From Macrostomum lignano (taxonomy: Eukaryota), in contig NIVC01000658.1 in NCBI GenBank assembly GCA_002269645.1, positions 62,001 through 126,000 on the forward strand: a DNA stretch of 64,000 bases, written 5' to 3'. The notes beneath the pieces were generated by a model. The model ran no database searches and had not been told where the DNA came from. It saw only the letters and a list, made by a program, of their open reading frames with translations. This document shows positions 10,401-21,896 of this stretch, one piece after another. The position numbers and the translations under genes were made by a program. How positions within the stretch are numbered: position 1 is the first letter of the stretch; each line of letters begins with the position of its first letter.

Positions 10401-10544
10401 TGCCTGGCACCTTGCCTGCACGGCGGGCCGCCTGCCGCCTCAGCCGACAAGCGACCTCACGCGGCGGCAGGAGCGGCTGATCTGCCAGCTGCGCGCCGAC
10501 CGCTGCCCGGCCCTGCGGGGCTTCCAGGCCGCCATCGGCGTTGA
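7464..10544 (+). CDS. APE endonuclease + reverse transcriptase polyprotein, 1026 aa (last ~55 aa out of native frame)
   Basis: APE: QLNAEG, CLQETH, GDLNAHH, SDHLPI. RT: SYRPIALTS, QAGFR, FDFRRAYDTV, GLPQGSVLAPLLF, YADD. Thumb region WGA..VRPVLEY, RIITG, LEREAGL. Confidence 0.95.
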   Translation: MTSRRLNQPAEPQRRAPGGARRPPTQRPVRARPPSSLHLLQLNAEGVASKMPELCKLLLDLRIDVACLQETHTTEGRDPRLPGFNAIWRHRQSGRRSGGPTRGGGAAIVIREGLRFEVLQERPCAPDDVTTEWAGVRVFPSEKSVESLDIHCLYIPPIRTAEGDDRVQRFSPRHLPSGVNTVILGDLNAHHPAWDPESEESDLGTAVFEWSVVSGMRVLNDGSATHMPRRANTRQTAPDVSLCHKSLANRAEWQVRGDVGSDHLPICITIHSRGAAKRGGAARRSWAKADWASFRARTEEALAGWEACPPESVSEANQQLTTAIQEADKASVPRGARPSAKAWWTPEVDDAVKARRAAWAAAAADPSVRPAWNRACADAKKTIADAKRESWRTFAGEVAADSDHSKIWRIVRSLDGRNSNLQRDAALRVGQKTLVQSKDIAEAYAREYASVSRLPQDRRTRDLRRENFRSSVSRAGADSHGSRDFGKPFSHRELDRALHSLPARKAPGPDEICAEHLQHLGAAGRRAVLQLINASWTQGEVPAAWRRAHIVPILKKGKPADEIGSYRPIALTSTLAKLAERLVQARLYWWAESRHLLHPAQAGFRKRRSTEDQIARLTQLISDGHQAAPARRTVVVLFDFRRAYDTVWKQGLLHKLHNAGIPAAGVRWVSSFLADRRAAVRVDGALSSWRLFREGLPQGSVLAPLLFALYINDLPDHLPSDCTPFLYADDLAIAVQGLTVEEAETKAQAAIDAVSDWANEWRMELAPNKCAASLFTTTAGEASRELRLRLNDAPLSTDRQPRFLGVILDRLLSFTAHAANVAGRARARCGVLAALSGSNWGAKQSDVRQLYTAYVRPVLEYAAGAWMPTACRTAIDHLDRAQRLGARIITGCPRNTRSEVLEREAGLPPMAVRAEMHAGLLHERALRLPHDNPLRACAASVGPRRRLQSARGWRETAASVCSAAGLSGFPREPVHSGLACLAPCLHGGPPAASADKRPHAAAGAADLPAARRPLPGPAGLPGRHRR

Positions 10545-10725
10545 CGTGGCCCCCACCTGCCGCTTCTGTGGCGATGGAGAGGAGACGGCGGCCCATCTGC
10601 TGATCTCCTGCCCCGCCCTGACATCACACCGCTGCCGCCTCTGGGGGCCAAGCCCGGAGCCCGCGGCAGTTTTCGAGAACTGCGTCGCGGTGTTGAACTT
10701 CCTCGGGAAGGCGGGCGCCATCTGA
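10381..10725 (+). pseudogene. Out-of-frame native C-terminus of the retrotransposon ORF with CCHC zinc finger
   Basis: Shifted frame reads PSTRASLAWH..LTRRQERLICQLRADRCPAL..PTCRFCGDGEETAAHLLISCPAL..NFLGKAGAI* (CX2CX8HX4C); stop at 10723-10725. Confidence 0.85.
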
Positions 10726-10879
10726 CGCCCGGTGCCATGGGCCCTGGCCCGAGCACGCCCGAAGAAGAAGAAGAAGAAGAAGAAGAAGAAGATCATTCAT
10801 TGTATTGCCACCAAGTCGCAGTCTTGGTGAGTCCGAAATGATTCCATACCAGAAATACCATATTTGTATTTTTCACTCT

Positions 10880-11152
10880 AGTTTTCGAGCTTATGAAGTC
10901 GCCTGCTAAAATTTTCGAGGATATGAAATTTCGAGCTTATGAAGTTTCGGGTTTTTGAAAGTGGCTGCAAAAATGGTTTTCGAGGTTGTGAAATTTTGAG
11001 CTTGTAAAATTTCGAGCTTATTAATATGAAGTCGGCTGCTGAAATTTTCGAGGTTGTGAAATTTCAAGCTTATGAAAATAACTGGTTTCGATGTTGTGAA
11101 ATTTCGAGCTTATGAAAATAACTGGTTTCGATGTTGTGAAATTTCGAGCTTG
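10880..11152. repeat. Degenerate tandem repeat (aaatttcgagcttatgaa core)
   Basis: Core motif recurs about 8 times, with one exact 40-bp duplication. Confidence 0.65.
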
Positions 11153-12924
11153 TGGAAGCAACCCCCACGATACAGTCAGATTCAGAGATCCTGTAATTGT
11201 TTTGGAGGCTGATTTCCGTAAAAATACACTGTAGAGAGGAGAATATGTTTTAATTTAAGCACAAAATATACTATCCAAAGCATTTCTTTCTGGAGGATGA
11301 GGACGAGGACTACCATTATTTTAATTTAGCGTGCACAACATGTTACTCTGCTGTATTTTATATACTAATAGTTGCGCGCTAATAAGTTTCATCTTCCTAG
11401 TTTTCATTTTTTATACTCTATGAATTTATTTTATTTTTGTGTCACTTTTTCACACTTTATATTCTGCATCATATATATACTTGCTTCAAGACGAAGCAAA
11501 ACAAAATATTTTAGCTAATAATGTCACTAGTGAGTAATTATAACTTTTGGCTTGTAAAAATAAATAAATAAATATAGATATATTCCTAATATATTAGGAA
11601 AAAAACTTTTTTAACCCAACTTACATGTATAAAATACAACAGACTGACATATTTTGCATCCTAAATTAAAAGAATGGTAATCTTCATTAACAGAGATCAC
11701 ATGCTATCGTTTGATTTTGTGATGCAAAAATGACTTTTTTCCTGTCTCCGCAGTGTAATGTTTTAATGATATTAGCCTCCAAAAATTATAAAATTGCACG
11801 GCCAATGCGCTGCTAGAGGTCTTGAGAAAGTGTCTGAATAATTTTACTTTACTTTAAAACCGTGTTAAATGCATGAAAATTGACAATACCAATAGTATCG
11901 CTACATTCTCATATGAACTTTAGAAATCATAAATTTACGATTCATTAAATAAAAAAGGTTATTAGTTCATGTTGTCAACAGCTACGGAAAACATTAACAA
12001 AACTAAACCTTCCTTTTGATTTTATAACTTGTTCATGATAGAAGCAGGAGAGTTTTTAAGTTTCATCACAATACATAAAAAATTTAAGACTTTTGTACCA
12101 GAAAAAATGTATCCAAGGTAGCACAACAGTTAAACTTTCAAATATACAATCTAATTTTTAAAAAATAAGATACGGTAGGTACCGGTACCGGAAGTCGATA
12201 CGGTACCGGTATATAATTGATCTTCGACTTCAATGACAATAAATATGACAGGAACTAAATGTGCTTCACCCCAAGTGTTACAAAAGATTACTATGTGTTT
12301 AATATTAGCACTGCTAGACTCAAACCGTGCCAAAAGATAAACAAGCCAATAAAATAGAGACCATGAGTCCATGACTTCATGATAGTTACTTTAGGCCTGC
12401 AACTGCCACACTAATGGACTGCCACATCGCTAACTTCAGGCGGTTGAGCTTATCCTTCAGACTGCTGCTGATATTAGCAGCAGTGTGAGCTGCGAGCGCG
12501 TGCAGGCAAGGGGTCTTCCCTGTGCATCTTAGTTTAGGCTATTGGCTAACCTAATATCAATTTGGCTTATGAGTGGCTCTCCAATACATTATCGCGAGCT
12601 TAATCACTTAAATTCTACAATCCCAAAATGAGCTACTGATTTAAAGTACTATGATTACAGACGAAGAAGTATGGGTGCTAATACTAAAATTAAAAAAATC
12701 ATTTTCACGGTTTTTTATTTATGTTCGAATAAATAATAATTTTTACTCTTTCGATACTACTTTTCTACTACGTGTATTTTTATCGCTTAAGCCTAGCAAT
12801 CCTCTAATCTTAATAATAATCCTTATTACCATAATTTAACGTTTCTTCATTCAAATTCTAATTTCTGCTTTTCTGCATGTTCTGCTTTTTTTGCACGCAC
12901 AATATTTACATTAAGATAATATTT

Positions 12925-12990
12925 TGTCTAGCAGGATTCGAACCTCAAACCTTCCAATTTCAAGTCAGGCCCACTGGCCACTCGACCAAT
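12925..12990 (-). mobile_element. tRNA-derived SINE head or tRNA pseudogene
   Basis: Minus strand has A-box-like TGGTCGAGTGG and B-box GGTTCGAATCC at tRNA spacing; anticodon stem degenerate, no intact cloverleaf. Confidence 0.55.
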
Positions 12991-13224
12991 TTTTAGCGGT
13001 GTCTATTTTTAGCACTCAGAGAATTCCCAGACTTCTCATTCCCGTCCGCGGGTGCACTCGACCAGCCCACCCTAGCCCACACGGACCAATAGCAGCGTTC
13101 CTTAGCATATCTAGCGTACTATCACTGTGCGCACTGTGTGGACTCGCAAGGGCTAGCCTGTGTGGGTCCACAGTGGAGCCACCTGGCTAGCCACGTATTT
13201 TTTGTTTAGTGGATCACCTAACGG

Positions 13225-13319
13225 CCCGCCGCTAGCGGAGCCCATCCCACGCTAAAAATAGCCCGTTAACGGGACCCAGCCCACGGTGGGATGGGCTCCC
13301 TTAGCGGGGGCCAGCCCAC
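13225..13319. repeat. GC-rich dispersed repeat with internal hairpin, copy 1
   Basis: Internal inverted repeat ggagcccatcccac 13237-13250 / gtgggatgggctcc 13286-13299; the reverse complement recurs at 23923-24017. Confidence 0.8.
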
Positions 13320-14661
13320 GAGCGGAGAGGGAGAGGTGGGGTGGGTGTTGGGTGAGTGTGGAACGCCAGTGCGCACTAGCGTACTAGCACTGTACTAGCA
13401 ATGAAGCTAGCTGAAAACACTGCACATCCGTGACTCATTTCTCGTATATTAATGTATGCTGGATGAAGACGGCTCTTTGTCTTTCCCAACTCTCCCAAAA
13501 TTAAAAAAACTCCTAGAACGCATTTCGTTTTAAGCTGCAAGGAATTGTATTCTTTAAAGAAACGCGTTTCATTCAACGTATAGTTTCTACTTTTTAATAC
13601 ATATCATTTATCAAACTATTTGACTCAGTTGAATCTTTAAGATCTTGAGATTTATTCTTAATACGCTCGTAAGACTTTCGTTATTTCTTTATTCCAAAGG
13701 TAAGCAAACGTTGGTTCTTAATTTGCATTGTACTCATTGTATTTTCTTTTATGTCTAGCTTATAATTGCAATATGCTAGGAATATCTTATATTCTTCCAA
13801 AACCTTAAAGGTGGAAATATGGTCAAAGAAAAATAGTACAGGCGCAAGAAGTTAGGACGACTAGCCATCAATTTCGTTTCAAACGTAAAAGATTTAAAAA
13901 AACAAACTTAGCAAAGTAAGGTACTAAGCGAGATATTCTAAAATTGACAGACAGGCTAATTTCCTAATTCGCAGAATCGCTGAGTCCCAGTTTTCTAATT
14001 TCTATAGATTGGACTTGTCCTTTAGCAGTTATCTTTATTTTCAGAATACTCGTATACTGCATCCGTTTGTAAATATTGTCAAAAAAGGCGGAAAAATAAA
14101 TTTTGAATTTCCGCACAAAGTTAAAAAATTAGGAATTTGAACAAAATTTAAATTCACGCGGATATTCAAAATCTCACGTTCGTGAAATTCTGGCAATCTG
14201 GCGCCCCCTTTGGCACTTCATTGGCCCTGAAATACTTGAACTGTAGTTGCTGTATGATCTTATTTCCTTTTCTAGTTTAGGAAGTCAAATAAAGAGTAAA
14301 GTAGTCAAATAAATTGATCTTATGCTGGAGTAGAAATAGATACTGAATGTTAGCATTTTAAGCAAAGCGATAATATTGTTTGGAATTCTGTTTACACTAG
14401 AGCAAACTGATCTTTCGGACCCGCTCGTATTTAAGATAAAACTTTGAAAATAAAACAAAAATGGTAGAAAAGAAACAATTAAAAAGGGATAATAATTACC
14501 CAGTGTTGGGCAAGATACTCAGAAAAAGTATCGGTTAAAAGCGATACTCTGATACCCTTTCTGAAAAAATATCGCCCTTCGATACATATCGGCTGTTTTG
14601 TGATTTTAATTTACAGTTGCTCAGGTTGCACTAAACGCAATCCGCCGCAATCAACCCGCAG

Positions 14662-14835
14662 GTGACAGAATCCGCTGCCAGCAGACCTCATGGCTGGCTA
14701 GCCGTGGTTTGGCTACTCGGGACGCTGTTCACCTCCCCTGCTGAACGAGGCCATCGCTGATTTTGTCCGCTAAGATGGCGTTCCGCGACGATGGCCGGCC
14801 GGCGGCCACGTTCTGATGCTTGGCGGCGCCGCCTA
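14662..14835 (+). pseudogene. KDM3: Degenerate exon, probably KDM3/JMJD1 (pre-JmjC PHxWL..W..G..VL region)
   Basis: cccgcag| acceptor and |gtgagt donor; RPHGWL and AFRD..WPAGGHVLMLG in different frames resemble KDM3 PHSWLC..FRECWKQGQPVLVSG. Confidence 0.4.
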
Positions 14836-14956
14836 GTGAGTCATTGCATCCTACCACAACAGATAAGCACATTTCATCCATAATTGACTCGTCTAAAACA
14901 AATAGCCCCAGTCGGAATCCATAAATCCTTATCTGATTACAACTGTATCGTAAATT

Positions 14957-15066
14957 CTGAATTGTACTTCTGAATTGTACTTCTGAATTGTACTTCTGAA
15001 TTGTACTTCTGAATTGTACTTCTGAATTGTACTTCTGAATTGTACTTCTGAATTGTACTTCTGAAT
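14957..15066. repeat. 13-bp tandem repeat (tgaattgtacttc), about 8 copies
   Basis: Perfect repeats visible. Confidence 0.95.
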
Positions 15067-15484
15067 TAACACCCCTCGTAAATTGAATTGCGAAGTATAA
15101 AAGTTCAGTAAAACAGAAATACTGAAGTATACTGAACTGACTAAAAATGACACTTTTAAAATATTTCGCAACAGCTGTAGCCAGGGGCGCGGATTTAGGG
15201 GTCTGGTGGGAGCGCCACTCCTCCCAGCGCTCCCTAGGAACTTTTATTACCTGGATACCTAGGTACTTCTTCCTAGGTACTAGAATTTACCTTGGCTAGT
15301 AATCGACATACTGATTTACTTTGCTAAAATTCTACAGTTTTTGACGCAAGCAAGGCTGGGCCGTTAAATCATTGATGAAACAAGTTACAACCTTAGAAAC
15401 TGTAAATTAATATCACAAAACAGCCGACATGTATCGAAGCAACGAAACTAACCAGTCAAAAACACATTTTGCACTCTCATCCAG

Positions 15485-15677
15485 ATTCTGCCCGATCGCT
15501 ACGAGGGCTTCTAGCGCGCTCTGCCGTTGCCGGAGTGCAGAGGGCGAGATTGCCGCCTGGCCACTCGGCTGCCGGCATTCTTTGTCCAGCCGGACCTGGA
15601 GCCCAGGATGTACAACGCCTATGGCCTGGCCGCTGCGATGTCATAGGGTCACCACAAACCTGCACTTGGATATCGCC
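15485..15677 (+). pseudogene. KDM3: KDM3/JMJD1 JmjC-domain pseudo-exon
   Basis: After ccag|: [46 protein letters not shown], then TTNLHLDIA in a shifted frame; compare KDM3 MPSRFDDLM..LPLPEY..LASRLP..FVRPDLGPKMYNAYG..GTTNLHLDVS. In-frame TAG at 15512-15514. Confidence 0.8.
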
Positions 15678-16095
15678 TGGATACTTTGGTCACCATAGCA
15701 ACATTAATAGAAAATGAGAAGCAGATGAATGTTTATTTAAAACCAGTTTGATTACTTTTATCCCAGATTTAGACTATGAAACACCCGATGGCCGATATGA
15801 TACGAACTAAGTTTTGTTATTTTTCAGTTTCAACTGCTCCTGTCTTTTCGTGGTTCATATTTTCAGAATTTAACTAGCAATCAGCGCCCCCCTTTGGGGA
15901 GCCAAAGATGCAGTACGAGTTTTTTTAATAAACTACATGTAGATTGTAGTGTCTCTTTGCAATAACCTCAGCAATCGCTTGTAAGCGTTGACATCTCAGC
16001 AATTCCTCCCCCCACAAGTCTTAACATATCAAACCCCCCCCCCTTGAAATCTGAGCGATGACCCCCATAAGCCTTGAAATCTTAAAAAATCTGTC

Positions 16096-16131
16096 AACCC
16101 TAACCCTAACCCTAACCCTAACCCTAACCCT
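16096..16131. repeat. Interstitial telomeric repeat (AACCCT)6 = (TTAGGG)n
   Basis: Six perfect hexamers. Confidence 0.9.
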
Positions 16132-16626
16132 AAAGCATTGCCATTTTAGTAATTCTCCCAAGAGTCATTATAACATTACAGCATTATAGCAATTCCTCCA
16201 AGCCGTGACATCGTAGCGATTCCCAAATGAATCTCCTAACTTCGACATGACTCTTCTTTTATATCTACTTTCATCTGTTTAAAATGACGCTTCTTCTATT
16301 AGCGCCCCTCGTGGGGAACTAACAAAGAATGTAATAAAAAAGTGAATAAACTGCATGTAGCTTCTGAATTTTACCTAGACATCTCAAAAATCCCTCATAA
16401 GCATTTACGAGTACATCTCAGTTATTCCCCGTGAGCCTTAACATCTTAGTAATTCTCCTCAAGAGTCACAGCACAGTTTCACGTGACTCTTCTTTTATTT
16501 TGAAATGACGCTACTTTTTGACATGACGCTTCTTTTTACATGATGCTTATTGATTTTTACGTAATGCTTCTATTTTTTACATTTTCTTACTTTATTCATT
16601 TTTACATAAAGCTCATTTTCTTTTCT

Positions 16627-16980
16627 ACATGACGCCTCTGTTATTTTTACCGGACGCTTCTATGATTTTTTACATGACGCTTCTATGATTGTTTACATGA
16701 CGCTTCTATGATTTTTTACATGACGCTTCTATGATTGTTTACATGACGCTTCTATGATTTTTACATGACGCTTCTATGATTTTTTACATGACGCTTATAT
16801 GATTGTTTACAGGACGCTTCTATGATTTATTACATTATGCTTGTATGATTTTTACCGGACGCTTCTAAGCTTTTTTACATGACGCTTCCATGATTGTTGA
16901 CATGACGCTTCTATGATCGTTTACATGACGCTTCTATCATTGTTTGCATGACGCTTCTTTCATTTATACATGACGCTTCT
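16627..16980. repeat. 23-bp minisatellite (acatgacgcttctatgatttttt)
   Basis: About 14 copies, period 23. Confidence 0.9.
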
Positions 16981-17299
16981 TTTTTTGCTTTTATTAGCTG
17001 TGTTTTGATATTAGAATACACATACAGGCGCAGTCCCAAGGCTTTTTGCCGAATTTTGCGGACACGTTTGTGGACAAGTCTGGCTTGAGTTTATGGTTTG
17101 ACAGCCACTTTGACTTGTCATTTTCTTCTACCAAAAGCCGATTAAAGGCTTTCAAACCTTTCGATAAAAGGTGCCATAAATATTTATGCGAAGACTACAT
17201 CTATATTTACTTGTATAGCTAAAGAAACTAGAACGTCAGAAGCTTCCCCTCACCATTCCCCTCTGAGGGATATAAACAAGTGCATCTTATCAGGGATAA

Positions 17300-20200
17300 G
17301 TAATTAGAAATCGTGGATTCGGATTCCAACATGAGGAACCAGGGATATAAATTTAGAAATCGTGGATTCGGATTCCGAAATGAGGAATCAGGGATATGGA
17401 ATTAAGAATCGTGGATTCAGATTCCAACATGAGGAATCAGGGATATGGAATTAGAAATTGTGGATTCGGATTCCAACATGAGGAATCAGGGATATGGATT
17501 TAGGAATTGTGGATTCGGGTTCCAAAACGAGGAATCAGGGATAGGGATTCGGAATCGGGGATTGAGATAAAAAAATGAGCTTCTCACGGTTCTATGATAG
17601 CTGGCAGTCTTTCAAACATTTAGAAAAAGGTGCCATAAGCTCCTCTCTGCCTTATGAATTATGATATCTGACCCAGTCTTTCAAGTTTCTTGCAAAAGGT
17701 GCCATATGCTTTTCTGGGAAAGGGAACTAAAAATCGTGGATTCGGATTCCAAAATGAGGAATCGGAATATGGAATTAGAAATTGTGGATTAGGGTTCCAA
17801 AATGAGGAATCAGGGATATGGAATTAAGAATCGTGGATTCGGATTCCAAAATGAGGAATCGGGGATATGGAATTAGAAATTGTGGATTCGGGTTCCAAAA
17901 TGAGGAATCGGGGATATGGAATTAGGAATCGTGGATTCAGATTCCAACATGAGGAATCAGGGATATGGAATTAAGAATCGTGGATTCGGATTCCAAAATG
18001 AGGAATCGGGGATAGGGATTCGGAATCGGGGATTGAGATTAAAAAATGAGCTTCTCACGGCTCTATGATAGCTGGCAGTCTTTCAAACATTTAGAAAAAG
18101 GTGCCATAAGCTCCTCTCTGCCTTATGAATTATGATAGACGATCCAGTCTTTCAAGTTTCTTGCAAAAGGTGCCATATGCCCTTCTGGAAAGGGAATTAA
18201 GAATCGTGGATTCGGATTCCAACATGAGGAATCAGGGATATGGAATTAGGAATCGTGGATTCGGGTTCCAAAACGAGGAATAAGGGATAGGGATTCGGAA
18301 TCGGGGATTGAGATTAAAAAATGAGCTTCTCACGGTTCTATGATAGCTGGCAGTCTTTCAAACATTTAGAAAAAGGTGCCATAATAAGCTCCTCTCTGCC
18401 TTATGAATTATGATAGATGATCCAGTCTTTCAAACATTTAGAAAAAGGTGCCATAAGCTCCTCTCTGCCTTATGAATAATGATATCTGACCCAGTCTTTC
18501 AAGTTTCTTGCAAAAGGTGCCATATGCCCTTCTGGAAAGGGAATTAAGAATCGTGGATTCGGATTCCAACATGAGGAATCAGGGATATTGAATTAGGAAT
18601 CGTGGATTCGGATTCCAGCATGAGGAATCAGGGATATGGATTTAGGAATTGTGGATTCGGATTCCAGCATGAGGAATCAGGGATATGGATTTAGGAATTG
18701 TGGATTCGGATTCCAAAATGAGGAATCAGGGATATGGATTTAGGAATTGTGGATTCGGATTCCAACATGAGGAATCAGGGATATGGATTTAGGAATCGTG
18801 GATTCGGATTCCAACATGAGGAATCAGGGATAGGGATTTAGGAATCGTGGATTCGGATTCCAACATGAGGAATCAGGGATAGGGATTTAGGAATTGTGGA
18901 TTCGGATTCCAACATGAGGAATCAGGGATATGGATTTAGGAATTGTGGATTCGGATTCCAACATGAGGAATCAGGGATATGGATTTAGGAATTGTGGATT
19001 CGGATTCCAACATGAGGAATCAGGGATATGGAATTAGGAATTGTGGATTCGGATTCCAACATGAGGAATCAGGGATATGGATTTAGGAATTGTGGATTCG
19101 GATTCCAACATGAGGAATCAGGGATATGGAATTAGGAATCGTGGATTCGGATTCCAACATGAGGAATCAGGGATATGGAATTAGGAATTGTGGATTCGGA
19201 TTCCAACATGAGGAATCAGGGATAGGGATTTAGGAATTGTGGATTCGGATTCCAACATGAGGAATCAGGGATATGGAATTAGGAATCGTGGATTCAGATT
19301 CCAACATGAGGAATCAGGGATATGGAATTAAGAATCGTGGATTCAGATTCCAAAATGAGGAATCAGGGATATGGAATTAGGAATTGTGGATTCGGATTCC
19401 AGCATGAGGAATCAGGGATATGGATTTAGGAATTGTGGATTCGGATTCCAACATGAGGAATCAGGGATATGGAATTAGGAATCGTGGATTCAGATTCCAA
19501 CATGAGGAATCAGGGATATGGAATTAAGAATCGTGGATTCAGATTCCAAAATGAGGAATCAGGGATATGGAATTAAGAATCGTGGATTCGGATTCCAAAA
19601 TGAGGAATCGGGGATATGGAATTAGAAATTGTGGATTCGGGTTCCAAAATGAGGAATCAGGGATATGGAATTAGAAATTGTGGATTCGGATTCCAACATG
19701 AGGAATCTGGGATATGGATTTAGGAATCGTGGATTCGGGTTCCAAAACGAGGAATAAGGGATAGGGATTCGGAATCGGGGATTGAGATTAAAAAATGAGC
19801 TTCTCACGGTTCTATGATAGCTGGCAGTCTTTCAAACATTAAGAAAAAGGTGCCATAAGCTCCTCTCTGCCTTATGAATTATGATAGATGATCCAGTCTT
19901 TCAAACATTTAGAAAAAGGTGCCATAAGCTCCTCTCTGCCTTATGAATTATGATATCTGACCCAGTCTTTCAAGTTTCTCGCAAAAGGTGCCATATGCCC
20001 TTCTGGGAAAGGGAATTAAGAATCGTGGATTCGGATTCCAACATGAGGAATCAGGGATATTGAATTAGGAATCGTGGATTCGGATTCCAACATGAGGAAT
20101 CAGGGATATGGAATTAAGAATCGTGGATTCGGATTCCAAAATGAGGAATCAGGGATATGGAATTAGAAATTGTGGATTCGGGTTCCAAAATGAGGAATCA

Positions 20201-20710
20201 GGGATATGGAATTAGAAATTGTGGATTCGGATTCCAACATGAGGAATCAGGGATATGGATTTAGGAATTGTGGATTCGGATTCCAACATGAGGAATCAGG
20301 GATATGGAATTAGAAATTGTGGATTCGGATTCCAACATGAGGAATCAGGGATATGGAATTAGGAATCGTGGATTCGGGTTCCAAAACGAGGAATAAGGGA
20401 TAGGGATTCGGAATCGGGGATTGAGATTAAAAAATGAGCTTCTCACGGTTCTATGATTGCTGGCAGTCTTTCAAACATTTAGAAAAAGGTGCCATAACAA
20501 GCTCCTCTCTGCCTTATGAATTATGATAGATGATCCAGTCTTTCAAACGTTTAGAAAAAGGTGCCATAAGCTCCTCTCTGCCTTATGAATTATGATATCT
20601 GACCCAGTCTTTCAAGTTTCTCGCAAAAGGTGCCATATGCCCTTCTGGGAAAGGGAATTAAGAATCGTGGATTGAGATTAAAAATGAGCTTTTCTAGGTT
20701 CTATGATTTC
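17300..20710. repeat. Composite satellite: runs of a 49-bp unit alternating with a ~190-260-bp unit
   Basis: 49-mer gtggattcggattccaacatgaggaatcagggatatggatttaggaatt; interrupting unit gagattaaaaaatgagcttctcacgg..aaaaggtgccata seen about 6 times. Confidence 0.95.
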
Positions 20711-21385
20711 TGGCAGTCTTTCAAACATTTAGACATTCAAACATTAAACATCAAATATTGTTTCATACATTATATATACTACACCTTGTGGGATTACACG
20801 CAGGTGCGGTTTTAGTTGGGGGGGATTAAAGGCCTATTCAAAGGCTTAATAAACTTCATTAGGAAGATTTCCGTCTGCGAAAACTCTGATTCCCGCCCTC
20901 ATGCGCCCTATCTCCCCCCCTCCCCCCCTACTCCTGTAGGTTAGGGTGATGAAAGATCAGAAGAGTGATATACTGTAAAGGAGAGGATCGCGAGATAGGA
21001 CAATAGGTAGAGATACAGACTACCTATAGGGTAGGACGAGAGTAGCATGACTGAATGGCCTGGAGGAAGGTGATAAAAAGCGATAAAAGCGATATGGGCG
21101 ATTCTGTGTGGCAACATAACTCATCACTAACAGTGCATCGAGTGGGTTAAAGATTAAGACAAAGGCATTACACAATTAAGTAGTAAAAGTAAATCATAAG
21201 TTAATTATAATAACTTCGTAAATCTCAGCAACATCGAAAAGTCGGCATCACAGAAGTCTGTGGTCGTCACTTTTGAAAGTGCAGGTGAAGTCTCTCAATC
21301 TTTGCGAGTGACGCAACGCCACGCGGCAGACTTGAGTTGAGGAATGAAGTGGGGGAGCGGTGTGCGAGGGTTGAACGGATTAAAG

Positions 21386-21586
21386 CAGCGGTTCTCAACC
21401 TTTTTTTCAGGCGACCCCAATTTATTCACTTGCATCATTTTTAATGTTCGCGACCCCTTTTAAAATTAATATACATGTAATGCATTATTATGTATGACAA
21501 ACTCACACATTTCTTCGTGCTGCGACCCCCAGAAAATGGTCACGCAACCCCACTGGGGGTCGCGACCCATAGATTGAGAACCACTG
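21386..21586. mobile_element. hAT-superfamily MITE (201 bp)
   Basis: TIRs cagcggttctcaacc / gattgagaaccactg; perfect 8-bp TSD gattaaag at 21378-21385 and 21587-21594. Confidence 0.9.
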
Positions 21587-21896
21587 GATTAAAGCTACCT
21601 TGATTAGTTTATATCATATCTTTTATTTATAATATTTTAACTCACTCACTAATAATATATTACTCTCTGGCGCATAGAGTGGCGACTTTTCAATGTTGCT
21701 GAGTAACGATATTTAGTAGATCCTGAACTCTGAGCAAATAGTGATCTAGATGGAGTATACCTAATTGAAAAATAATCAATAACAAAACAATAAACAATAA
21801 CAAGTCCGAAAATGACACTTTTGATTTTTATAGTGCCAAATAGATATAAATCTGCGCTGATCCCTGAAGTCATGCCTTTAAGCCCAAAAACGCTCG

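Larger units (their letters stand above)
7313..10790 (+). mobile_element. Non-LTR retrotransposon, I group (Ingi-like), 5'-complete single-ORF copy
   Basis: TSD gatcattcat at 7303-7312 and 10791-10800; (GAA)10 tail 10761-10790; APE+RT ORF; C-terminal CCHC; no ORF1/gag. Confidence 0.93.

Noticed and set aside
7305-10421. Long minus-strand ORFs (601 aa, 421 aa, 286 aa)
   Set aside because: Antisense shadows of the GC-rich retrotransposon ORF with no recognisable motifs.
12925-12990. Functional tRNA gene
   Set aside because: Acceptor and anticodon stems do not pair; treated as a SINE head or pseudogene.
17300-20710. CRISPR-like array
   Set aside because: Units are contiguous and the interspersed segments are repeats of each other, not unique spacers; eukaryotic context and no cas genes. 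The same applies to all 21-32-bp arrays.
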